Under the pieces are notes generated by a model. The model searched no databases. It was not told the origin of the DNA and worked only from the letters and a program-made list of their open reading frames with translations. A DNA stretch of 64,000 bases, taken from contig OZ037772.1 of NCBI GenBank assembly GCA_964035545.1, positions 8,425,150 to 8,489,149 on the forward strand, read 5' to 3'. Below are positions 38,031 through 49,241 of this stretch, one piece after another. Both the position numbers and the translations under genes were made by a program. This DNA comes from Bugula neritina (lineage: Eukaryota; Animalia; Bryozoa). Each line of letters begins with the position of its first letter. Within the stretch, counting starts at the first letter, position 1.

Positions 38031-39612
38031 GCACCTGGAGTGGCCCCCTCCTGAGGACGACCCCCCCCACACTGACTACCACCCCATCTTGGTTGGAAAT
38101 TCCCTCCATCATCCCGGAGGATTCCACCAAGAAGAAGAAATGGCTGACCGAATTTCGGAAGACACTCGATCACGCGAGTTGTCTTTCCGAAATGCGGGGG
38201 AAATTCCCACGAGCCACGCAACTCGGGCTTCAGCAGGTAAAACTTCTGAAGCACGAGGTTCGGCCATTTCTCATTCTGATTTCACACAGCTCGCACGGCA
38301 GTTACAGCTCAAGCTAAATTCTGATTCTAATACTCATTTTGATTTTAACACTGTTCTCCAGACGCTATCAGCAGCTATGGGAATTACTTTACCAGACAGG
38401 CAATCAGGTATTTCTTCTAGATTAGATCCTCCAGTTGCGGAGTCTAGTCAAACTAAAGTAGACTGGTCTTTACTAGACTTACTTGGTTCTGATTTCTTAG
38501 AACCGGAGGCCGAGATGGATCTTGGAGATGACTCTGCCATTGATACTTTGTTAAATCACGACGTAGGCTCAGTCAATTTCTGCGATACACCTCGGCCCTC
38601 GGTTTTTAATTTAACTCCATACACACCTGTGCCGAATTTCGGCGATAGTGAGACCGGCTTATCACAGCCTCTACTATCTATTCTAGAGGAGCGTATGGAC
38701 ATTGAGGAGGCCAGTCGGTCCGACTCCCCTCTCCCACCGGCCCTTGCTTCGGCTTCTACCAGCCAGCAGGCCGCCACCTCCTCCACAGAGGTGTGTTCCG
38801 CCATCGCTAGTGGCCCTGACCCCAAACCGGTCGAGCTCCAGCTCACGGCCGGGGAGGAGCAGGGCATCCTACACGGCGACCACCTGCCAACAGAAGAAGA
38901 TAACTCCCCAATACTGGCCCTGCCTCGGGCCCTGGTCGCCCGCCAGTATTGGGTGACTGGACCCACCAATCTTAAGATTGGTGAAGCTTGCGGTGAGCCG
39001 GGCAACCGCATCTGCCATGAGTGTAAGAGGAAGTTCTCCTCTGCACGGCGGTTGCGTGTACACACCCCACAGCACTACATCAATGTGTTTTGCCCGTGTG
39101 GGGAGTTCTCCTACCAGAGAGACTATGTGTTGAGACATCAACGCATAGCTCACTGCCACACGGGCTACACGTTTGCTGTAGACCAGGCCTCCTTTCCCGA
39201 GTTTCGGGACCTGGTGCTGCCACACGTGGCGGATCCCCATAAATGGGCTGCTCTCGCCCTGGGATTCCCCGCATGTAGGCCTGTTCGGGAAGAAGAAGGG
39301 GAGCCCGCCGCGACACCCCAACCGGCAGCCACCCAGCCACTTCGGGTCATGCTGGCACGGGTCGGACCAGGCGCCAGGACCGATTCATCGGACCTGGGCC
39401 CCCGGCCCTCGGCGGCGGGCGAGAAGCAGACGCACCGCCAGCGACGTCCTACCCATGGTACCACCGACCGCCCCAGACACCAGACGTCGGCCCAGTTGGC
39501 AGAGGAGGTACAGCATCTCCGCCGGCAGCTCCGCAGGTATGAGGAGGAGCTGGGGCAACTCAGGAGACGTGTTAGCCGCCTGGAGCGGGGCCGATCTGGA
39601 GACTGCCGCTGA
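37477..39612 (+). CDS. integrase C-terminus continuing in frame into a ~530-aa accessory region: acidic segment, two C2H2-type fingers, coiled coil
   Basis: 711-aa ORF. CHECKRKFSSARRLRVHTPQH (Cx2Cx12Hx3H) and CPCGEFSYQRDYVLRHQRIAH (Cx1Cx12Hx4H) at 39013-39153; heptad LAEEVQHLRRQLRRYEEELGQLRRRVSRLE at ~39495-39585; in-frame aaaATGG at 38140. Confidence 0.8.
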   Translation: MYQVGDWVWMVSYRRRRGQSAKLQPNFVGPYCVVEVLPNHTYRVERSGQISVQSEQRLKPYHASPDAVGQAPPLLEPHRQPNRRGRATQPREVEIMVPRETDQEQAALIEQLERQQRAEREQEQRQALGSQPFPGEDTPTPVRGEDGDPPTRAAQEPPTPPVPVPLERSQRPRRPPRYLADYAVGHLEWPPPEDDPPHTDYHPILVGNSLHHPGGFHQEEEMADRISEDTRSRELSFRNAGEIPTSHATRASAGKTSEARGSAISHSDFTQLARQLQLKLNSDSNTHFDFNTVLQTLSAAMGITLPDRQSGISSRLDPPVAESSQTKVDWSLLDLLGSDFLEPEAEMDLGDDSAIDTLLNHDVGSVNFCDTPRPSVFNLTPYTPVPNFGDSETGLSQPLLSILEERMDIEEASRSDSPLPPALASASTSQQAATSSTEVCSAIASGPDPKPVELQLTAGEEQGILHGDHLPTEEDNSPILALPRALVARQYWVTGPTNLKIGEACGEPGNRICHECKRKFSSARRLRVHTPQHYINVFCPCGEFSYQRDYVLRHQRIAHCHTGYTFAVDQASFPEFRDLVLPHVADPHKWAALALGFPACRPVREEEGEPAATPQPAATQPLRVMLARVGPGARTDSSDLGPRPSAAGEKQTHRQRRPTHGTTDRPRHQTSAQLAEEVQHLRRQLRRYEEELGQLRRRVSRLERGRSGDCR

Positions 39613-39900
39613 GACTATTTGTTTAGTATTTTCTTTCCTATTCTTATTTCCTTGTTTTTTTATATATATATATATGTGTGTAAGTTCTTCATGTAATGTA
39701 TGTACCTATTCATGCTCTGTTTTCTTGTGTGTGCATAATTTTCCCTGTTTTTTTTGTATTATTAATGTCACTACATGTTTGCCGTATTTGTTTTTGTGTG
39801 TTACTTATCAACTGTGTGTTTTATTGTCGTGTCTTTTCCTGTTGCGTGTTTGTGTTGTGTACGCCTCTTTATCGGAAAGCATGCTTTCCGATGGGGGATG

Positions 39901-40290
39901 TGTGGTAAATTTATGTTGTGTGTGTGTGTCCTTTGTTGCCGAGATCGGTACTTCGGTCCTCCGAAACACCGATATGCCGATTCTCGGCATATCGGAATAC
40001 CGAAGTACCGAAATGCCGGATTCGGCATTTCGGATTCCCGAAGTGCCGATATTCGGTATTTCGGGCCTCCGATCTCGGCAAACAAAGGAATGTCCTTGTC
40101 CTGCATGTATATAAAAGCCAGCGAGTTCCAGTATAGTTTAGTCTACTACTGGAGCTCGCTGGATAAAGACCATTGATTCACTCGGACTATACTACAATAA
40201 AGCTATCTACTTTCTACCTTATTTCTCGCCTTGTTTCTCATAACAAGCATGTAAAGCACTAGTTTCATTCACAACCCACAAAACTATCAC
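39901..40290 (+). repeat. 3' LTR (terminal A missing), preceded by a short purine tract GGGGGA (39893-39898)
   Basis: Direct repeat of 32293-32682. Confidence 0.95.
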
Positions 40291-40454
40291 TGACTCAACC
40301 ATGTAAGTTTAGTGTTCTGTGAAAGCTATTATTTGTTTGGTTTGCCATTATTTGTATAACTTTGATGTAAACATTTTGTGTAGCAAATCAACTCGTGGGT
40401 GTTTTACTCCCATTGAGCTTATTGGGTATTATTGAGGGAATATGTGTATGTTGG

Positions 40455-40980
40455 TGTGAGTGAGTGAGTGAGTGAGTGAGTGAGTGAGTGAGTGAGTGAG
40501 TGAGAGAGTGAGTGAGTGAGTGAGTGAGTGAGTGAGTGAATGAGTGAGTGAGTGAATAAAGGAAGGAGTTAGTGAGTGAGTAAAGAAAGGAGTGAGTTAG
40601 TGAGTAAAGGGAAAGAGTGAGTGAGTGAGTAAAAGAAGGAGTGAGTGAGTGAGTAAAGGAAGAAGTGAGTGAGTGAGTGAGTGAGTGAGTGAGTGAGTGA
40701 GTGAGTGAGTGAGAGAGTGAGTGAGTGAGTGAGTGAGTGAGTGAGTGAGTGAGTGAATGAGTGAGTGAGTGAATAAAGGAAGGAGTTAGTGAGTGAGTAA
40801 AGAAAGGAGTGAGTTAGTGAGTAAAGGGAAAGTGTGAGTGAGTGAGTAAAAGAAGGAGTGAGTGAGTGAGTAAAGGAAGAAGTGAGTGAGTGAGTGAGTG
40901 AGTGAGTGAGTGAGTAAAAGAAGGGATGAGTGAGTGTGTAAAGGAAGGAGTGAGTGAGTGTGTAAGGGAAGGAGGGAGTG
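40455..40980 (+). repeat. expanded compound (GTGA)n/purine-rich tract in intron 1 of ZNF E
   Basis: Direct; includes an internal ~220-bp higher-order duplication. Confidence 0.95.
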
Positions 40981-43900
40981 ACAGAACTTTGAGTAAATAT
41001 TTTAATGCAAACTGGTAAAGGCTTTCTTTACTTTGCAGATTTAGAACCACATGAACTATCTCAAACGCCAAGCAACCAGATGCAAGAACCTCTTCAGATG
41101 TCTAAAAAGGATGTTGAGTGGACGATTCCTGCTCTCTATAAGACTTTTATTCCATGTAATAACCTACCTTACCCTAAACTCAGTTCCTCTGACTTCCACA
41201 GTTGATACAAACACTCAAGACTATGAAAACATAGAAACTTCAGTGTATAACAGCTGCCTACCTGAGGAACCTGATGTTCCTTTATCTGAAGTTATCTCTG
41301 AGGCTTTTGCAGTTTTATCTAAAGACTATTCATTCAAAGATCTTGATCCTTACAGACAGGAGCCATATTGTAGAGATGAGTATAATGCTGAGTGGAATCC
41401 TTTAGTAACCAATAACACCTCTTTAAGACATTCAGTGAATTTAGACTCTCAAAGTTTTAATACCAATGCAGGCAATCAAACTTTTCTTAATATGCTAACA
41501 GCAGTACCCAACACTTATATAGAAGAAGGTGTAGAAAATGAAGTTTTAGATACTTTTAACACCCACCAACAATTAGAACCTCACAGGACACAAAATTCAA
41601 TACATGACAACTATCTACTAGAAGAATCTAATGTTCCTCAGTCTGAAGCTATCTCTGAAGCTTTTACAGCCTTAGAACAGAACACTACAAGAGAAGTCAT
41701 ATCAACTGCATGGTGAGTATGATTAGATAGATAAAAATAAAACCACTAAAGCTTTTCCTCTAAATGCAATTGCTAATTAAATTGACTTATATTTAAGAAA
41801 TATATTTAAAAAAAACAAAGAATATATATTTACCAAGAACTAGATTATAGCTTTACTTACTTACATTTCAATTCCCTCAGTTGATGCAACAATGCAACTA
41901 AGACTTTTTTCTAGAAGCTTCAGTATAAGGCAACTATGTACCAAAAGAATCTGATGTTCTTTCATCTGATTTTTTTTCTGAGGAACTTGGAGCTTTAGGC
42001 GGGCTAAAGAGTGCACAAAATTACAAATCATTGGGTTAGTATGTCAAAATGTTATACGGTTTTAAACCTGATAACATTTTTTAGCTAATTTAATGATCTC
42101 CATAAACTTATCACAATTCTTAAACTAGCCATCTCTGTGAGAACCCTGGTAGTACACTTTTCTAAGGTGGCAACAGATTATTTATTGTCAAAAAACTATT
42201 TTATTGCAAAACCAATAAAAACTGAGTTAAGTTTTATCCTTTTTTTGCAAAACTAATAATGCCCATGAACTCATAACTGTTTGTAAAGACACAGTCTCTG
42301 TGAGAATCTGTGGTGGTAAAATTTTAACGGCTCAATTTCTATTGTAAAGAAGGAGAAATTATGACTGGATGCTCTTAACATGACATCATCAAGGAGAATT
42401 ATCAATACTTAAACCTTTGTCTTCTTCTAAGGACTATTCATGGTTCCTCCCAAGTTTATTTATTTTATTAAAGCTTTGCATAAACAAAGTGAAAATGTTT
42501 TAAACATTAAACTGTGTGCATTTTGTTTAAAGAAGAAATAAGAATTTAAGGAAGCATTCTAATGCGGTCATATTTTAATTTGGGTTGTGTTAATAAAGTT
42601 CAAAGCAATGAATAAAGCTTGAATCGTAAAATTATTGTTCGTACTGTTGTTTTACAGATAGAATGCAAGAGGGTGAAAATACAGGAGACCCTTCTGAACT
42701 TTTATCTGATGTACTATACAGAGGAACCCTCGAATACAAGTGTAGAAACTATCCTAGAGCAATAAGCAATGATATGAAAAATTACACTAATCTAAAGGTA
42801 TGTGACATTGCCCACAAATTTATCAATGCTACTGGTCAGAAAGAGGTAAATAAAGAGAAAACAACTTTACATAATATTTTTGAGAATGGGTGGACACATG
42901 AGGCTAGTCTCAAAAAGAATAAGGAACAGCAGAGAAAAGACAAATGTTTTCAATCTTCACTGTGTAGCTACAATGCAAGACACATGAGTCATCTCAACCA
43001 GCATATGAAAAAACACACTGGAGAGAAACCATTTTCATGTCAGATTTGTAAAAGTGCATTTACTCACAAAACTACCCTAAAACGACATATGAAGACACAC
43101 ACTGGAGAGAAACCATTTTCATGTCAGATTTGTAAAAACCCATTTAGTCAGAGAAGTGCCCTACAGCAACATATGGGAACACACACTAAAGACAAGCCGT
43201 TTTCATGTGATGTGTGTGGGAAATTATTCAGTCGGAAATATACCCTTGTGACACACATGAGAACTCACACTGCAGAGAAACCATTTTCATGTCATGTTTG
43301 TAAACATTCATTTGGTTTCAAACAAATCCTACAGCTACATATGAGGACACATACTAAAGACAAGCCTTTGTCATGCAATGTCTGTAATAAATCATTCAAT
43401 TGAAAGGGTAACCTTGTGACACACATGAGAACTCACACTAGGGAGAAACCATTTCTATGCCATGTGTGTAAGAAATCATTCACTCACAAAGAGAGTCTTC
43501 ATTCACACACTAAAATACCTACTAAGAATCAATCTGTTCTTTCAAAATATAAGTGACTATAACAAATTAGCTGTATTAGACTGCAACTTTTCATAAAAAG
43601 TCTTGCACAGGAAAATTACCTCACAAGTGGTGATGTTTGAAAATTGTTCTAAATTTTACTTGAAAGGTGGAATGAGAAGGAAACTTATTTATTTCCATGT
43701 TTAGAAACATTCAAATTAACCAACCACATAAGTTATATTTATTCTAATTACAGTTGAAAGTTTATCTTTATTTTTTATTAAAATTGTATTTACGAGATTC
43801 AATATAAAACGTAGTCTAAAACAGGATGTGATCTTAAAAAGTATTTTCTAGTTTAATTGTTGAAGTTTCATGTCATAAGTACACTTAGGTTTTGTTTTAT

Positions 43901-45153
43901 TAGTCTTATGTTACTGAAGTTATAGTATTTTTGGAAAACATATTATATATAAAACAAATCTTCCTTTATCTTGTTCACTTTACTTCTTTGTTTAATAAAA
44001 ATTTTTATTTCACAGCCAAAATGTATCAACACTTTAGTATCAGTTCTTTCTTATTCTCTCACTGTAAAATTATATTTTTGTGATGTATCTCTATTATTTT
44101 GTACATTTTCAAAAAGACAAAATATATGTATTTACTATCAAGTTGAAATATTGTTATTATAACTAGATGTCCTTGACAGCAATAGCTTGCTTAGTAATAT
44201 TTCTGATGTTCATTTTGGTATAGAAAAATGAACAATACCTTTATATTGAAACATGCAACTCTGTGGTCAAGTAAAATAACTAAATTAAATAATTTCAGAT
44301 TGTATGACGAGGCTAGCTTATGTTTATGGCATGCATATAACAAGGAAAAGTTGGCATACGAGGATTGTACATTGATGCTCCATTTTCAAACCCTCCCTCC
44401 ATTCTCCCCCAAACCCCCAAAAACCCAAACTTCCTATAACTCAAATCCAAAACCCCCTATAGCCCAAACCACAGAGCCCAAACTCAAATATTCACACTGC
44501 CACTTTTCCAATCATTACCTGTGCCATTATCACCTAAGCCAGTTATACCCAACACCAAATTTTATGTTTGTTTTCATCTACAGCTTTTTGATAACATCAA
44601 AAATAACTATACAATTACTCTCAAGTTAAAATGCTATCGCACCTCTATTTCTGGATGAGTTAGTTAAATAATATTTCTAATACTTATTCTGGGAAAGTGC
44701 AAAACTTATCTTATGGTGCTATATCTTCAAAATTAAAACAACTAAAATTTTGGCCAGATGAATTAACTCTGTATACCAACCTACCAGTTTTATCTCAACA
44801 ATTTATTTAATATAATTTGAAACAGCTGATTATGGTTATGATGCTCTTTATCAGAAATAACTGGCCATCCTTTTTGAATATTCTGTTAAACATGCTAAAA
44901 ATGTATAACACTATTTCTTCATGAACAAAGGTACCGGTTTTACACATTGTTTTATCAGCTTTACAATATACAATATAGCTAGCTGCAATGATTAATTATA
45001 AACAAATATAGCCAAAAAATTAACCATATAATACAATACAAGTCATTGTTTAACCTCAGTCTCATAGTTTACAGTGAATGTCTCACAGTTTTTATATTCA
45101 AAACTTGCTAGCTCTCTTTCCAGAGTCTTCCAATGGTGTTCAGCTCATCTGCC

Positions 45154-48121
45154 ATGTCTGTGATTAAACCATGTAAGTATAAAATAATATAGAAGTAATT
45201 AGTTGATTAGCTTAAGCCACTATTTTATGATGGCTTTCTTTATCTATTATTCATCAGAAAGAAGATTGATTAAAATCAATTGTATAACTTAAGTGTAAAC
45301 ATGCTGAGTGCCAGTAAATAAATTTGTGCATATTTTACTTTCATTGGCTTTTTGGTATTATTGTGCAAATATGTGTATGTTGGTGTGAGTGAGTGAGTGA
45401 GTAAGTGAGTGAGTGAGTGAGTGAGTGAGTGAGTGAGTGAGTGAGTGAGTGAGTGAGTGAGTGAGTGAGTGAGTGAGTGAGTGAGTGAGTGAGTGAGTGA
45501 GTGAGTGAGTGAGTGAGTGAGTGAGTGATTGAGTGAGTGAGTAAATGAGTAAGTGCATGCGTGCTTGAGTGTGTGAGTGTTTGAAATCATCATGTATAGG
45601 AATTCTTGAATCTTGAGTAGATGTTTTTATGTAAACTTATAAAGGCTGTCTTTTATTCACAGTAATAGAACCACAGGCAGCTCTCCAAACACCAAGCAAA
45701 CAGATGCAAGAGCCATATCAGATCTCTAAAAATTATGTCTGGTGGAAGAGTCCTGCTCTCTGTGAAAACTTTGTTCAAAATCATGGCTTCTCTGTAAGCT
45801 CAGTTGCTATGACGTCTACAGTTGATACAAACCTTCCCTGTTTTGTGAACATGGATACTTCGCTATATAATTATAATAACTGTCGACCAGAAGAACCTGA
45901 TGTTCCTCTGTCTGAAGTTATTCCTGAAGCTTTTAGCATTTTAAGTGGAAAGTCTTCATTTGAAAATTGTGATACTTACAGGCTGGATCCATATTGTAGA
46001 GATGGGTATAGTCCTGAGTCGGATTCTTTAGTAACCAACTTCACTCCTGTCAGACATTCTGTGATTTTAGACTCTCAAAGTTTTAATGTCAATACAGACA
46101 ATCACACTTTCTTTAACGTTCCAACAGCAGCATTTGATATTTACGTAGAAGATAATGTTAAGAGTGGGTCTTCAGATACTTTTAGTTACAACCAACAACT
46201 AGAACTTCTCAGGAAACAAAATACAGTACAAAAAAACTGTCTACCAGAAGAGACTGATGTTCCTCTGTCTGAAGTTATCTCTGAGGCTTTTCAAGTTTTA
46301 GGACTGAATACTACAACAGAAGTCATCTCAACAGGTAAGTGTGTTTAGATAGACAAAACGAAAACCATCAAATGTCTCTTTCACTGCAATTGATGATTTA
46401 AATTAACATCACATGTTATTGAAGAAACAACAAAAGAAATTTATTTTGCTAAAGATCAGTTTACAACTTTACTCATGTACATTTCAGTCCTCACGGTTGA
46501 TACACTCAACAATGCCTCTTTTCCCGTGGAAGCCACAGTATATGAAAAATACCTATCAGAAAAATCAAATGTTCCTCTGTATGAAATTATCTCTGACACT
46601 CTTAAAGTTCTAGGGTTGAATGCCACAGGGGACTGCAAATCATCAAGTAAATATATGTATAACACATGTTAAAATCTGTTCAGCAACCTGAAAGATCAAT
46701 TTAAATTGAATTTAACTGGTGACTGATTTAACTATGAAAGCCTGAATGGTAAAGTTTTTCAGCAGGCTGACAACATATTTTCTATTGTGACAATGGAAAA
46801 CTTGTAGCTGAATGCTCCCCCTAACACCAAAAATGACCGTTACCAATAATAAACACCATGACTTTATAGTTCTCATTAAGTTATATATAGCCATCATCTT
46901 CTCCAGTAGTGCACTAGCTGCTTTCAAAAGTAGTTGATTAAATAACTCGTTTAATTTATCTAGCTAATTGTGCTTTCATCATTGGTGGCATATTGGTAGC
47001 TGATTAAATTGGATTCATGTTTTTTTTAAAAAAGTCCAAATATATGTATTTGAATGTATTAGTAACGTTAAATAAACTATGAATGCAAATTGAATGCAAT
47101 CATACTATTTGTAATTTACTGTTTATAACATTGTTTTACAGGTAAAATACAATCGTGTTTTCATACAGGAGATACTTCTGAAAATCTACCAGATGTTCTA
47201 TACAAAGAAACTCATGGATATAAACTGAGAGACCATTCTAGAAATATAAACAAAAATATGGAGGCTGATCACAAAGTGCATAACAATACAAACATATCTA
47301 TGGATGTTGTTGAGCAGACAAAAGAAGTGATCAAAGAGAATACAACTATACAAGATGTTTGTGAGTATGGGTTAACACAAGAAGCTGCTCTTAAGAAGAA
47401 TACAGAAAAGAATGGTGCAAGAAACTGTTTTCAATGTTCACAATGTAGCTACAAGGCAAAACGCAGGAGTCATCTCAACCAGCACATGAGAATACATACT
47501 GGGAAAAAGTCATTTATATGTGAAATATGCGGGTCTGCTTTTACCTGGAAAGATGTGCTCATTAACCATATGAGGACACACACTGGTGAGAAACCATTTT
47601 TATGTCATATTTGTAAAAGTGCATTCAGTCAAAGATGTACCCTACAGCAACATATTAGGACACACACTGGGGAGAAGCCATTTGCATGTCATATTTGTAG
47701 AAGTGCATTCAATCGTAAGACTACATTAAGGCAACACATGAGGACTCACACTGGAGAGAAACCATTTACATGTCCTTTTTGTAACCATGCATTCAGTCAA
47801 AGAATTACCCTGCAAAGACATATGAGGACACATACTGGAGAGAAACCATTTTCATGCAAAGTGTGTAAGAATTCATTCACTCAAAAGAGTAACCTTGTTT
47901 CACATATGAGGACTCACACTGGAGAAAAACCATTTTCATGTCATTTTTGTAAAAGTGCATTCAGTCAAAGAACTACCCTGCAACGACATATGAGGACTCA
48001 CACTGGAGAGAAGCCATTTCCATGTCATGTGTGTAATGAGTCATTTACTCGTAATCAGGCCCTTCAGTCACATGCTAAAATACATTCTAAGAATCAGTCG
48101 GTTCCACAGTATTCTAAGTGA
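45154..48121 (+). CDS. C2H2 ZNF copy F, 8 fingers, intact, ~609 aa
   Basis: Exons 45154-45172, 45663-46334, 46488-46646, 47142-48121; phase-1 GT-AG introns; ORF open (1830 nt). Confidence 0.88.
45385..45555 (+). repeat. (GTGA)n microsatellite in intron 1 of ZNF F
   Basis: Direct. Confidence 0.95.
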
Positions 48122-49241
48122 CTACATACGTAGCTTCCTTGAGTTTCAAGTTGCTTCTTTAAATAACAAGCACACAAAGAAACATCAGCTAGCAAGTGGT
48201 AATGTTTAAAAATTACTTTAAAGTGTGTTTGTCAAAGAAAATGAGAAAAGACCTGCTGTCAAGATCAATGTATACCTGCATCTATAACATTCGTATGCAA
48301 ATAGTACATCTAATAAATGATTAGGGTTTTTATATATCTATGCACTTAGACCTAATATGAGTATAATATTTTTTGCATGTTATACTATTAACTTTAATTG
48401 TCTATAATGGTATTTGTATATGCAGTTGGCAATTTGTCTTAATTATCTTTTTTTAAATTTTTAAAAGATGTCATGCGTTATCAAAGACATATCTCAGTAT
48501 TCCTTAGTTATTAACGTTTTATGTCATATAGTACCTACAGATAATTCTAATAGTTATATATTAGTGAGGTTCTAGTATTTTTAAGTTATAAAACAAAACT
48601 TTTTCATCTTGTTTATTCAATTCAAATCTTAGTTTTATAGTTAAACTTCTAATTTAAAGCCAATGTCCTCACACAGTTGAGTCTAAGTTTTTTCTTTTTG
48701 TTTTACTGCAGCATTACTTTTTGTGAAATAAATAATGAACCATATAATTTCTCTCAAGTTAAAGTATTATATTGCAACTTTACTTTACTGCAGTAGATTT
48801 ATGCTTAGATAATTTTTTTAAAAGTAAGTGTCGTGTATAAGTTAGTTACTACAATGTAGACTCAAAACTTATAGGGCATACAAATTTGTGGACAGATCTA
48901 ATAATTTTTTGAATCAGCCTATCAGCTTTATCTAAATATGTTTACTTAATATACTTTGAAGCAAGTTGATTTTCCCTTAGTTATGAATTCTTTATTCAAA
49001 ATGCCAACAGTGCATATAACACTAATGCTTGATGGACAAAGATGCAGATCTAACCCAATGTTCTACCAGCTTTTTAATATACAATAGCTAGCTCTGTAAA
49101 AGTTAATTATAAGCAAATAGCCATGATAATTCCGTTGTTAGACTAACCTTGCTGATATAGTGAATATCTGACACTGTATATATTTAGAACAAGTTACTCT
49201 TCTATCCATAGTGTCTCTCAGTTATGTTCAGTTTTTCCACC

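Larger units (their letters stand above)
32293..40290 (+). mobile_element. Ty3/Gypsy (Metaviridae-type) LTR retrotransposon, full-length, with an extra zinc-finger/coiled-coil extension of pol
   Basis: Two ~390-bp direct LTRs, PBS, gag with CCHC knuckle, domain order PR-RT-RH-IN, short purine tract before the 3' LTR; GC-rich relative to the host. Confidence 0.97.
32290..43556 (+). pseudogene. C2H2 ZNF copy E, interrupted by the Gypsy element in exon 1 and multiply disabled
   Basis: ATG at 32290-32292; rest of exon 1 at 40291-40302 (tgactcaaccat|gtaagt). Exon2 from 41039 has a 4-nt insertion near 41165. The exon3 acceptor is mutated (tttcag>tttcaa) and the exon has an in-frame TAA. The finger exon 42658-43556 has a premature TGA at 43401, and its first and last fingers have lost zinc ligands. 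Confidence 0.8.

Noticed and set aside
37477-39612. env gene or chromodomain as the identity of the extra Gypsy region
   Set aside because: No signal peptide, TM helix or furin/fusion-peptide pattern, and no chromodomain aromatic-cage pattern visible; it is in frame with integrase.
43401-43403. Stop-codon readthrough or selenocysteine at the in-frame TGA in copy E (and the TAG at 36310 in pol)
   Set aside because: Both lie in sequences with other disabling lesions and are single-base changes from sense codons; nonsense mutation is simpler.
32290-43556. Idea that the Gypsy insertion knocked out an active repressor of itself
   Set aside because: Copy E has several independent lesions while the LTRs differ at only ~3 sites, so E was probably already decaying. 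There is no evidence E binds the element.
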